DNA of 45,370 nt from a virus: positions 1-45,370 of the IMG/VR virus record IMGVR_UViG_3300045988_070668. One strand, 5' to 3'. Positions 8,291-16,789 of this stretch are shown here, piece by piece (positions within the stretch are counted from its first letter, which is position 1; the number at the start of each line of letters is the position of its first letter). Under the pieces are notes generated by a model. That model saw only the letters and a program-made list of their open reading frames with translations, made no database searches and was not told the DNA's origin. The translations under genes were made by a program, and so were the position numbers.

Positions 8291-10078
8291 ATGTTTTTTA
8301 AGATTGTAGACAGGGACCCACCGAAAGCCGGAGAGGGAATAAAAATTGTATACGATGATGTAGCCCCGTACGCCAAAGAAAACAGTACCCCACAGGTGGT
8401 AAAGGCTGGCCTGTATCCCCACAAGGGACTACACCCACACAAGGGCCTATATCCGGCCAAAACAACGATCGAGAGAGAGTTCCCGGACCTTCGCCGGGAC
8501 GACCTCTCCTATCCCGGATACGCCCTGTGTTATCCTGGATTTTCTCTCCTTAACGGGCAGTATATCAACTTTCCAGACAAGCCAGCGGATTATGGATATG
8601 TCAGTGCCGAGTATTCGGACGAGAACGGGAACCTGGCATACAACTTCTCCAGGTCGGGGCACCGGCCCCATTCCGGCTTGTATCCCAGAATCCTTCTTTA
8701 TCCGGTCAAAACAGAGTCCTGGCGTATGGAGTATCCGGCACTGACCATCTCATTCGACGGCAAATTCTCCAGTGTAGGTATCTTACTTACATTTAACATG
8801 ATGTCCGGAGACTACGCCAAAGACATCAACATCAAGTGGTATGATGGGACCACGCTGCTGAGCGAAAAGGACTTTGTGGCCGATGATGTGCGGTATTTTT
8901 GTAACAATTATGTGCGGTCGTATAACCGCATTGTATTGACATTCAAGACGACTTCCAGGCCGTACCGCCCGGTCTTTTTGACCAGGATCGACTATGGAAT
9001 TTACAGAGACTTTCTGGACGACGAGCTGCTCCAGACAGAATGTCTCCAGGAGATCAACGCCATATCGGAAAACATCAGCGTAAATACTCTGTCCTTTACT
9101 GTCCGGACAAAAAGCAATATCCCCTTTGATTTGCAGAAAAAGCAGAGACTCGGCCTGTATTTTGATGGGAAGTTACTCGGGAATTTCTACTTGAAAAACG
9201 GGGCCAGGAAAAACAAAACCGACTTTTACATGGATTCCCATGACGCGGTCGGGATCCTGGATGGTAACGAATATCCGGGTGGGATTTATTCTGGGCAGAA
9301 AGTGGCAGGCGTGATTCAAGAGATCTTTGGCGGAGAGGATTTTAATTATTATCTGGATCCGGCGTATGAAAGCACCACATTGACCGGGTACATACCGTAT
9401 ACCACAAAGCGCAATGCCCTTGTACAGATTGCTTTTGCCATTGGTGCGGTGGTAGATACCAGCAATTCGGACCATGTATCCATATACCCGCAGCAGACGG
9501 AAGTGACAACCGAGTTTTCCGGTGATGATACATTCACGGGACTTACACTGGAACACAATGACATCGTGACCGGGATCCGGCTTACTGTACACAGTTACCA
9601 GGAATCAAGCGAGGAAGAGGAACTGTACAACGACACTCTGTCCGGTACCGCCGAGATCGTCTTTGGGGACCCACACCACCATCTGACCATCGCTGGCGGC
9701 ACGATCAAGAGCAGCGGCGCCAATTACGCAGTTATCACCGGCACCGGTGGCACGGTAACGCTTAAAGGAAAGAAGTACAACCACCTTACGAATCAGCTTA
9801 CCAGGGATAATCCAGATATTGTATATAACCGGAATATCAAGGAGATCACGGATGCCACCCTGGTGCATTCCGGGAACGCAGAAGCTGTGATTAACAGGGT
9901 CTATGCATATTACCAGCGGGCGGAGAGTGTGGTTGGCGATGTGCTGCTGAAAAATCGTGTTCTGGGCGAGGTGGTAAGCGCTGATACCGGATATGACGGC
10001 AAGCGTACCGGAACTCTGGAGAGCATAGATTACAGCTTTACCAAAGAGATAAAAGCGAGGGTGGTAATCCATGAGTAG
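8291..10078 (+). CDS. Tail-associated / baseplate hub-like protein (595 aa)
   Basis: Second gene after the tape measure, with a size typical of siphovirus Tal proteins. The N-terminus carries repeated (G)LYP/LHP motifs. Confidence 0.5.
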   Translation: MFFKIVDRDPPKAGEGIKIVYDDVAPYAKENSTPQVVKAGLYPHKGLHPHKGLYPAKTTIEREFPDLRRDDLSYPGYALCYPGFSLLNGQYINFPDKPADYGYVSAEYSDENGNLAYNFSRSGHRPHSGLYPRILLYPVKTESWRMEYPALTISFDGKFSSVGILLTFNMMSGDYAKDINIKWYDGTTLLSEKDFVADDVRYFCNNYVRSYNRIVLTFKTTSRPYRPVFLTRIDYGIYRDFLDDELLQTECLQEINAISENISVNTLSFTVRTKSNIPFDLQKKQRLGLYFDGKLLGNFYLKNGARKNKTDFYMDSHDAVGILDGNEYPGGIYSGQKVAGVIQEIFGGEDFNYYLDPAYESTTLTGYIPYTTKRNALVQIAFAIGAVVDTSNSDHVSIYPQQTEVTTEFSGDDTFTGLTLEHNDIVTGIRLTVHSYQESSEEEELYNDTLSGTAEIVFGDPHHHLTIAGGTIKSSGANYAVITGTGGTVTLKGKKYNHLTNQLTRDNPDIVYNRNIKEITDATLVHSGNAEAVINRVYAYYQRAESVVGDVLLKNRVLGEVVSADTGYDGKRTGTLESIDYSFTKEIKARVVIHE

Positions 10079-10514
10079 ATTTATTGACCCATTAATATTT
10101 GACCGGGTCCAGGCAGACGTAGACCAGATGACAAAAAAGGCATACATCGCATACGACGACCTTAACCGGGTGGAAAATGCGGTGTGGCAGATATCGGAAA
10201 CCCTTAACCACATGGGATACCGGAATACGATTGTAAGGAGAGATGCCTGGAAGATGGATGATTTCCGGACAGAGGCTGATATGGTCCGGCTCCGGAATAA
10301 TATCCAGGCGATCCGCAACGCATATTACACACCTTCCAGTACGCCGCTTACGCCGGACCGAATCACCTACACATCCATCTACCAGGCGAATGCGATAGAA
10401 AAAATACTGTATGACCTGGGGACACTTGTGGATAAGATAGAGCCCGGCCACCATCATCTGGGATTCCGGATAGGGACCCGGGCACTGGGGAACAGGAGGG
10501 AAACATGGCCTTAA
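10071..10514 (+). CDS. Tail-region hypothetical protein (147 aa)
   Basis: Translationally coupled within the tail tip operon. Confidence 0.5.
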   Translation: MSRFIDPLIFDRVQADVDQMTKKAYIAYDDLNRVENAVWQISETLNHMGYRNTIVRRDAWKMDDFRTEADMVRLRNNIQAIRNAYYTPSSTPLTPDRITYTSIYQANAIEKILYDLGTLVDKIEPGHHHLGFRIGTRALGNRRETWP

Positions 10515-11044
10515 AAACCAATTACCAGAACGATGTTTTCTCCGGCAAGAGAAAATACAATCTGATTAACAACTCAGACGGGACTGTCAGCCTGGATGAT
10601 GTGACGGTCTACCACAAAGTCGGAGATATATTTAATGCGGACGATATTAATGCCACGAATAAAGTGGTGAATGAAACATCGGCCGGATTTGAGGCGGTAA
10701 AACAGGACAATGCCAAATTTAAAGAAGAGGTAAACAGACAGGTAACTGGGTTGACAAATGACGTGGGAGCCATTAAGGCGGTAAAAACAGTGACGCTGTC
10801 TGCATCAAAATGGAGCACATCGGCCCCATACACGCAGACTGTAACGGTATCCGGTGTTACAGCGGAGGACAGCCCAGTGATCGCCTTGTATATCTCTGGC
10901 AGCCCAGGCGCAGCAGCTGTGAAAGCGATGCGAAAGGCATTCGGATATCTGGACCGGGCTGTTACCGGAAATGGATCCATCACATTTTACTGCTACGAGA
11001 AAAAGCCGGCTGCCGACTTTAGCGTATCGGTTAAGGGGAAGTAA
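10505..11044 (+). CDS. Tail fibre / baseplate accessory protein (179 aa)
   Basis: Position in the tail operon. Confidence 0.45.
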   Translation: MALKTNYQNDVFSGKRKYNLINNSDGTVSLDDVTVYHKVGDIFNADDINATNKVVNETSAGFEAVKQDNAKFKEEVNRQVTGLTNDVGAIKAVKTVTLSASKWSTSAPYTQTVTVSGVTAEDSPVIALYISGSPGAAAVKAMRKAFGYLDRAVTGNGSITFYCYEKKPAADFSVSVKGK

Positions 11045-11046
11045 AA

Positions 11047-11463
11047 ATGGAATGTTTACTGATGCAAAGCGGGAGTGGCTTTGACCCGGCAGAGGTCACT
11101 GCAACCCCCGGAAGTGTAAAAAGCGGGAAGAAATTCCTGGGCGCCGGAAGTGATGACGTACAGACCGGAACGCTTGCCACGGTCCCCAAAGTGGATGTAA
11201 AACTGGGAATCAATGAGTCTTATGCCATCAAACCCGGATATCATACCGGGGAGGACGTGGTATCCCAGTCCGGGATCCCGACATCACAGGGGCTGTCGAT
11301 CAACCCCACCGCCGGGGGCCAGACTGTGCAAACGGCTGGCACTTATTACACATCGGACACATACGTCCAGAGTATCGAAAACCTCCGGCCGGAGGTGATA
11401 AAGGATGGCGTCGTAATCGCAGACATCACCGGGACGTACCAGGGATTTGTAGATGAGGGGTAG
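11047..11463 (+). CDS. Tail fibre-like protein (138 aa)
   Basis: Shares motifs with the next gene (GKKFLGAGS...GT; INPT..GQTV.T.G.Y; NL.PE.IK.G), which suggests paralogy. Confidence 0.45.
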   Translation: MECLLMQSGSGFDPAEVTATPGSVKSGKKFLGAGSDDVQTGTLATVPKVDVKLGINESYAIKPGYHTGEDVVSQSGIPTSQGLSINPTAGGQTVQTAGTYYTSDTYVQSIENLRPEVIKDGVVIADITGTYQGFVDEG

Positions 11464-11466
11464 AAT

Positions 11467-12366
11467 ATGGCGGAAGCATTGATACAGCTTGTAAATCAGA
11501 ATGTAGATATTGATGGTCTTACGGCCAACGAGGCAGATGTTTTTGATGGGGCCACATTTATTGGCCAAGGATCAGAAGCAATACGGAAAGGGACCGGGGT
11601 TACACAGGGCGCCCCCACGCTGGGACTATCATTAAATGGGAGTGTGACTATCCCGGCCGGAAAATACACAGGCGGAAAGGTGCAGCAGTCCATCCCGGTC
11701 CTGGGAGAGCAGAGGATCAATCCGACATCGAAAAATATCAAAATCCCCACAAAGGATATGTATATGGCCGGGGATATCATCGTTGCATCAATCCCAAACC
11801 TTAAGCCAGAGAATATCAAAAAGGGGGAGTATGTCGGTGGTGTAGGGCCTGGAACCTGGGAGGGATATATTGTCCGGGACCCGGCGACTTTTTACTATCG
11901 CGGTACGTTTGCCCCAGGACAATCTATCATGGCGTTTAAATATTCTGGGTCATCGGATATCATGTCTCCCAACCTCGGCAAAAAGGCAATGGAGTTTTAC
12001 GGCAATGAGGATTCCAGAAGGAAATATTATGTTTTCTTGTTTAATTCTCCGATTGATATTACCTCAAAAAGCAAATTGACAGTAAAGGGGACGTACCACA
12101 GGGATGCAGCCGGAACAACGACCAATATGGTTCTGGACATATCGGGATACCAGAGCAAGGCGAGTGCCGGAGCCACTTACACAGGTTTAAACACTGGGGA
12201 CCGTATTTTCCTTAAACAACAGCGGTTCCCGACCGCACAAGGGACTTATCCGTATATGGTTGAGGTGGATATCTCATCCTATTCCCGGATTATTTATCTG
12301 TATTTCCTTGTAACGATGAACCGCCCAGATGACTATATGACCATTGACTCTATACAGTTTACATAA
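11467..12366 (+). CDS. Tail fibre-like protein (299 aa)
   Basis: The N-terminal part is paralogous to 11047..11463. The C-terminal half is AT-richer and divergent. Confidence 0.45.
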   Translation: MAEALIQLVNQNVDIDGLTANEADVFDGATFIGQGSEAIRKGTGVTQGAPTLGLSLNGSVTIPAGKYTGGKVQQSIPVLGEQRINPTSKNIKIPTKDMYMAGDIIVASIPNLKPENIKKGEYVGGVGPGTWEGYIVRDPATFYYRGTFAPGQSIMAFKYSGSSDIMSPNLGKKAMEFYGNEDSRRKYYVFLFNSPIDITSKSKLTVKGTYHRDAAGTTTNMVLDISGYQSKASAGATYTGLNTGDRIFLKQQRFPTAQGTYPYMVEVDISSYSRIIYLYFLVTMNRPDDYMTIDSIQFT

Positions 12367-12378
12367 AGGAGATTGATT

Positions 12379-13143
12379 ATGGAAGAGAACAAAAAAGACG
12401 TATTACCGCTCGAAGGAGAACCGCTGACCGCGCCGCAGATATCTGAACCAGTTGTGAACGCCCTGGCCGCCGCGCTGAATAAGATTGAGACGTATGTACC
12501 CACACAGTACATTAATGATGGGCCGCCGGACATTGATGCGGAACACCTCAACCACGCAGAACAGGCTATCATGCGGGTCACGAATTTAGCCAACGGAGCC
12601 GCCGATGCAATCGCCGCATTGCAATCCCAGGTTACTCAGCTAAATAATAATTTGGGATATTACATTACATCGACAGATGATTTTTCCCATACCTTAATAG
12701 GAGGAGCAGCACAAAATATCACCCTAAACTCAAAAATTACGCTCGAACAATACGCGAGAATTTTATTCCTTAACTATCCAGGTAGTAATGATGGTGCCTT
12801 ACTGGCTATTGCTCCTGGGAATAAGATAATTACTGCTTTTAGAAATAATGGAGTTTGGGAAGAAAAATCCTCGCATTTCATTGTCACAAGGTCCGATTTA
12901 GTCGCTGGAACAGCGAAATTCCCAAAAACTTCTGTTGGGACACAAGAAATAATTATAGATTTCCCATATGAAATGAGAACGGTTCCTGTTGTCCTGGTAT
13001 CATGGAAAGACACTGCGCGTATATTTGATCACATGGACGGATTAGTTGTCACAGAAATCGGAAAAACAAGGTTTAAGGTTGCAAGTAAACGAAAAATAGA
13101 AAGTTATGACTGGAGCTTTTCGTATCTTGCTATTTGTAGATAA
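12379..13143 (+). CDS. Tail fibre / receptor-binding protein with an invertible C-terminal domain (currently expressed variant A)
   Basis: ATG at 12379 lies 7 nt after AAGGAG (the ORF track starts at TTG 12373). Last gene of the tail operon. Codons AALQSQVTQLN are encoded by IR-L. The C-terminus (VVLVSWKD...VVTEIGKTRFKV) resembles an H-type-lectin-like fold. Confidence 0.7.
   Translation: MEENKKDVLPLEGEPLTAPQISEPVVNALAAALNKIETYVPTQYINDGPPDIDAEHLNHAEQAIMRVTNLANGAADAIAALQSQVTQLNNNLGYYITSTDDFSHTLIGGAAQNITLNSKITLEQYARILFLNYPGSNDGALLAIAPGNKIITAFRNNGVWEEKSSHFIVTRSDLVAGTAKFPKTSVGTQEIIIDFPYEMRTVPVVLVSWKDTARIFDHMDGLVVTEIGKTRFKVASKRKIESYDWSFSYLAICR
12614..12653. repeat. Inverted repeat, left copy (IR-L) of the invertible fibre segment
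   Basis: ccgcattgcaatcccaggttactcagctaaataataattt matches the reverse complement of 13671-13710 at 37 of 40 positions. The perfect core is 22 bp (12625-12646). Confidence 0.9.
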
Positions 13144-13150
13144 TAACAAC

Positions 13151-13705
13151 TCAATTAAACTGGAACCAGTTTATTGTAACTGCGTTATTCGTTTTTTTAG
13201 GTGAAACAATAATACTATTACCATCCACTACTATTGATAACTCATTATCAATAGTAGTGGAGAAGCCTACGGCAGCGTAAGCGCAATCCTTCATTTGCGA
13301 TGGCAATGTACCTCTAACTATATCACTTTGAGATGTTATAACCTTCTGAATATTTTCTTCCACTTTTACAACGAATTGTCCTTTGTCTAAATCGGACATT
13401 CTTGCATAACTTGTCCACTGTGACCAGTTTTTAGAATTTACATTATATGTACGGGTATATACGTATCCATCTGTTTTGTCATTAGTACCATACCTATAAA
13501 AAACTTGTTTGGTCGCACCATTAGAGTTTCTGTAAACTCTTACCCATCCATTTACTACTCCTTGCGGGAAATTATTTTGCTCAATTTTATCTTCATCCGT
13601 TTGTACCATCCATACCCCGCCTTTGGTCATAGTATTTAGATCAGTATCGTATGGTGCTGGTTCTCCTAATAAATCACTATTTAGCTGAGTAACCTGGGAC
13701 TGCAA
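13151..13705 (-). CDS. Silent alternative tail-fibre C-terminal cassette (variant B), expressible only after inversion
   Basis: The reading frame begins inside IR-R with QSQVTQLN, identical to the + strand gene. An in-frame TGA lies 4 codons upstream. The only start is a TTG with no RBS. About 173 aa of unrelated sequence follow the repeat. Confidence 0.7.
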   Translation of the reverse strand: MQSQVTQLNSDLLGEPAPYDTDLNTMTKGGVWMVQTDEDKIEQNNFPQGVVNGWVRVYRNSNGATKQVFYRYGTNDKTDGYVYTRTYNVNSKNWSQWTSYARMSDLDKGQFVVKVEENIQKVITSQSDIVRGTLPSQMKDCAYAAVGFSTTIDNELSIVVDGNSIIVSPKKTNNAVTINWFQFN

Positions 13706-13710
13706 TGCGG
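13671..13710. repeat. Inverted repeat, right copy (IR-R)
   Basis: The reverse complement reads ccgcattgcagtcccaggttactcagctaaatagtgattt. Confidence 0.9.
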
Positions 13711-13877
13711 GCGGGAATCAGCATTACATGGACCATAAAAATGGAATGTACACTGATAACCGCCCGCTCCCCGGAGGTGAATGAGATTGTATGGGCGTAC
13801 CACCGTGTGGGTGCAGAGGCTCCTATATTAATAATAACGTAACCACAGACCTTTTTGTGACCATTTTGGAGGAGAAT

Positions 13878-14087
13878 ATGGAATACATAGAAAAATTAAT
13901 AGGACAAGCCCGGTTCTGGTACGGATACCTGGAGAAAAAGAGTAACCGGGACCTGGACAATTTTACGGCCAACGCCGGAAACAAAAATTATACATGCTTT
14001 CCGTGGGACTACAAATTACATACCGGCCAGAACGTCCTTCTTCGGAGAGACTTTTTTTATGCAGAAAGTGAGGAACACATATGGTAA
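13878..14087 (+). pseudogene. Probable truncated N-terminal remnant of a CHAP/amidase-type lysin
   Basis: MEYIEKLIGQARFWYGYLEKKSNRDLDNFTANAGNKNYTCF resembles the N-terminus of lysins that normally continue into a catalytic Cys region. Here the ORF stops after 69 aa and is overlapped by the real lysin start. Confidence 0.4.
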
Positions 14088-14932
14088 GAGTTGGAAGTGC
14101 AAGATCGAATGAAAATGGTGGAATCAATGGCGGAAAGCCGGGAGACCAGAAGGGAGGAAGGGAGGTGTCCACGCAGGATTGGTATCTGCATAGCAAAGGG
14201 TGGGTCGTTATCCGCGCGAAAGATAGGCAAGCACGTGAGCTGATTGCCCACAACATGGAATCCATTTGCGCCAACAATAATATCGGTTACTGCCAGGATC
14301 ACAGGACAAGCCTGATTGCTCTTGCTGCTGGATATGGATATGATGCCAGCAAGGTTTTGTCACCCTGCGAGACAGATTGCTCCGAGGCTGTCCGGGTATG
14401 CTGCCTGTATGCCGGTGTGAAAGTGGCCAGTTTCAATACATCCAATGAGGTGAGTACATTGCGGGCGACCGGTAAGTTTGATATCTTAAAAGATGACAAG
14501 TACTGTAAAAAGCCCGACTACTTATTGCGTGGGGATATCCTGGTAACGAGGACAAAGGGGCACACGGTAGTTGTTTTGGATGATGGGGCCAAAGCTGCTC
14601 CGCCGGAGCCGGAAAAGAAATCCGGCTGGATCCAGGAGGCCGGGACCTGGAGATATTATCACGGAGACACAGGAGAGCCGATACGCAATGACTGGCACCG
14701 GGATCCCGATGGTCGGTGGTACTGGTTTGATGGCGCAGGGGCTATGGTCACCAACGCCTGGCGGCAGGATAAGGCCGGGAAGTGGTATTATCTGGGATCT
14801 AACGGAGCAATGGTCACCGGTCGGCTCCTCCAGATTGGCGATGAGGTCTTTGCCTTTGGTCCGGATGGTGCCATGCTGCGGGGAGAGATTCGGTGCCGGG
14901 CGGATGCAAGGGGAGCCCTCCGGACAACGTAA
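14081..14932 (+). CDS. Endolysin: N-terminal peptidoglycan hydrolase domain plus C-terminal CW_binding_1 (choline-binding-like) repeats
   Basis: N-terminus MVRVGSARSNENGGINGGKPGDQKGGREVSTQDWYLHSKGW...CETDCSEAVR...TKGHTVVV is typical of Clostridia prophage lysins. The C-terminus carries GW..E.GTWRYY / G.WYWFDG.GAMVT / GKWYYLGSNGAMVTG repeats. Confidence 0.8.
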   Translation: MVRVGSARSNENGGINGGKPGDQKGGREVSTQDWYLHSKGWVVIRAKDRQARELIAHNMESICANNNIGYCQDHRTSLIALAAGYGYDASKVLSPCETDCSEAVRVCCLYAGVKVASFNTSNEVSTLRATGKFDILKDDKYCKKPDYLLRGDILVTRTKGHTVVVLDDGAKAAPPEPEKKSGWIQEAGTWRYYHGDTGEPIRNDWHRDPDGRWYWFDGAGAMVTNAWRQDKAGKWYYLGSNGAMVTGRLLQIGDEVFAFGPDGAMLRGEIRCRADARGALRTT

Positions 14933-14956
14933 AAAGGCGGCAGATTGCCGCCTTTT
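14931..14956. terminator. Bidirectional terminator between the convergent lysin and recombinase genes
   Basis: AAAAA-GGCGGC-agatt-GCCGCC-TTTT. Confidence 0.75.
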
Positions 14957-15048
14957 CCATGTGTATGGATGTATCCTCCCTGAGTCCCAGGGATTACGTT
15001 CCTTTTTTTATTCTGCGTGGCGAAGGACGCAATATAAAAAAGAGAGGT

Positions 15049-16623
15049 TTAGAGCTCAACATAAAGGGTCTCCCCGTCCCAGACACACTTCTTTATTACT
15101 TCCCGGGCGATTGCATTTCTTTCGGCTGCCGTAAACCCATCAAAGTTTCGCATCTTCTCACTGATGATTTTTGCTCGTTCCTGTGTGGATACCTGGGCGG
15201 CAGAGCGTTTCCGTTCCTCCGACGCAGCTATGGTATATTCCCGGTTTAGGGCCTGTATCTCCAGGTCAAGCCGTTCCATTTCTGCGATGATGTATTTTGC
15301 CGCAGCAGAGTTTGAGGCCAGGGCCAGGGAGGCGGCCAGTTTCTCAATTTTTGCTTCACTGGATTTTATCTGGCTGGAAATCTTTTTGGGATCGGGGCCG
15401 GCGGTGGTGTCCCGGTCCTTCTGGGCGTACCGGAGGATGGCGGTATTATCTTGCTCGACTGTGCGGAGGATATCAACGACCTTTGCGTCCAGGGTCTCGC
15501 ACTTGATCTGTCTCATATCACACACATCCGCGCCTTGTCGTGTCCGTTTGGGGCAGTAATATGCGGAGGAGACGGACCCGTCCACTTTTTGCTTGCGTCC
15601 GATTGACATAAGCGCGCCGCACTTGCACCGGATCACGCCTTTTAAGAGAGGAGACGGCCAGCGGGCGGATTTAAAGCGTTGGTTCTGGGCAAACCGAGCC
15701 TGTACCGCAAGCCACTTTTCGGCTGGCATAAAGGGCTTGTGGACGCCCAGACACACCCTCCACTGGTCCGGGGGCTGTAATTCGTGTTTCTTATTTTTCT
15801 CCGTGGTGCGTCCGTAGACCATGACACCGACAGAGCCGTCCCATTTTTCGCGGGGGGATCCCGGGTCCATGATGCATCCTTTGGCCTGGTAAAAGTCGTA
15901 TACCTCCGGTGTAGCCTCTACGCAATATGGCATGGTCAAGATTTTGTGGAGCTGCGAAGCAGAGAAAAAACCTCCCCGCTGCGTCCGGATGCCTTTGTGC
16001 TTAAACTGCGTCTCCATCTTTTGTATGCTGCCGCCAAACTGGATAAACGAGTCAAAAATCCAGGTCACATATCTGGCCCCCTCTGGATCCGGCGTAATGG
16101 CACAGTGCTTTTTCCCGTCCACGATGATTCGGTCCCGGACGTATCCGACAGGCGGGTTCCCACCGACCCAGTAGCCTTTTTTTGCAAGCCCGATCATGTT
16201 GTCGGTCACTCTGGCGGCGATGGTCTCCCTCTCCATCTGGGCAAATACTACGGTCACATACATCATGGCCCGGCCAATGGGTGTGGATGTATCAATGTTT
16301 TCTTTGATGGATACGAATTTCACCCGATGCTCCTCCAGGGTGGCGTAGATATTGGCAAAATCCCGGACATCCCTGGACAGCCTGTCCAGTTGGTAAACGA
16401 TAAGGACATCTGCGCCGCCGGACCGGATATCCTCCAGAAGCCGCTGTAAGTCCGGGCGGTTAGTGTTGGCCCCAGTGAAATCCTCGTCGGAGTAGGCCCG
16501 GAAGTCGTCCACCTGGCCGGCATATTTGACATTGACGTAATCCCGGCACATACGGAACTGGTTATCCACGGAATCGGAGCGGTCAGAGTACACAGATTTA
16601 CGTCCATAACAACAGAATATCAT
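15049..16623 (-). CDS. Large serine recombinase (524 aa), presumed integrase
   Basis: N-terminal resolvase/invertase catalytic domain (YGRKSVYSD...DNQ...NRPDLQRLL...LIVYQLDRLSRD...ERETIAARV). This is followed by a recombinase domain, a Cys-rich zinc-ribbon region (CKCG...YYCPKR...C) and a coiled-coil tail. Confidence 0.9.
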   Translation of the reverse strand: MIFCCYGRKSVYSDRSDSVDNQFRMCRDYVNVKYAGQVDDFRAYSDEDFTGANTNRPDLQRLLEDIRSGGADVLIVYQLDRLSRDVRDFANIYATLEEHRVKFVSIKENIDTSTPIGRAMMYVTVVFAQMERETIAARVTDNMIGLAKKGYWVGGNPPVGYVRDRIIVDGKKHCAITPDPEGARYVTWIFDSFIQFGGSIQKMETQFKHKGIRTQRGGFFSASQLHKILTMPYCVEATPEVYDFYQAKGCIMDPGSPREKWDGSVGVMVYGRTTEKNKKHELQPPDQWRVCLGVHKPFMPAEKWLAVQARFAQNQRFKSARWPSPLLKGVIRCKCGALMSIGRKQKVDGSVSSAYYCPKRTRQGADVCDMRQIKCETLDAKVVDILRTVEQDNTAILRYAQKDRDTTAGPDPKKISSQIKSSEAKIEKLAASLALASNSAAAKYIIAEMERLDLEIQALNREYTIAASEERKRSAAQVSTQERAKIISEKMRNFDGFTAAERNAIAREVIKKCVWDGETLYVEL

Positions 16624-16661
16624 ATGTCCACCTCCAAAAAAGTGTATAAAAAATACGCCCC

Positions 16662-16690
16662 TTGCCAGGACGCGCCGGAGATGGTATAAT
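16662..16690 (+). promoter_or_regulatory. Near-consensus extended -10 promoter with no downstream + strand ORF
   Basis: TTGCCA (16662-67), 17-nt spacer ending in TGg, then TATAAT (16685-90). It points towards the 3' end of the minus-strand lysogeny operon. Confidence 0.45.
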
Positions 16691-16711
16691 TCAAGTGTCG
16701 ATTTGAATTAT
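16686..16711. repeat. Perfect 9-bp inverted repeat with an 8-bp spacer (candidate attP core or RNA hairpin)
   Basis: ATAATTCAA-gtgtcgat-TTGAATTAT, about 60 bp upstream of the recombinase start. Confidence 0.35.
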
Positions 16712-16789
16712 CTTTCCGGGTAAACCTGGTAAGAGAATCTATCTAAAAGCCGTTCCGGTTGCCGCCGGGGCGGTTTTTAACATTGATTG

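Larger units (their letters stand above)
12614..13710. other. Putative invertible DNA segment (G-segment-like) carrying two alternative fibre C-terminal cassettes
   Basis: Two 40-bp inverted repeats, both in the fibre reading frame. The two cassettes end tail-to-tail 7 bp apart. The minus-strand cassette has no ATG or RBS. Confidence 0.75.

Noticed and set aside
4226-10318. Minus-strand ORFs inside the tail genes (4226..5005, 5562..5909, 6192..6845, 9173..9592, 9605..10318 and others)
   Set aside because: They are antisense to the tightly coupled tail operon. They have no RBS and a composition typical of shadow frames.
10505-13710. Diversity-generating retroelement acting on the tail fibres
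   Set aside because: No reverse transcriptase ORF exists anywhere in the closed genome, and I found no template/variable repeat pair with adenine-specific differences. The fibre variability here is explained by the inversion cassette.
14977-14993. Palindrome TCCCTG-agtcc-CAGGGA sharing the 9-mer AGTCCCAGG with the fibre inverted repeat, as a third recombination site
   Set aside because: A single 9-mer match is expected by chance in 45 kb on both strands, and the flanking sequence does not match the repeat. It is kept only as a note under the recombinase finding.
14571-16449. + strand ORFs overlapping the lysin 3' end and the recombinase (14571..15134, 14893..15249, 15164..15559, 15784..16449)
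   Set aside because: They are out-of-frame or antisense overlaps of two genes with strong domain evidence. They are Arg/Pro/Gly-rich artefacts of GC-richer DNA.
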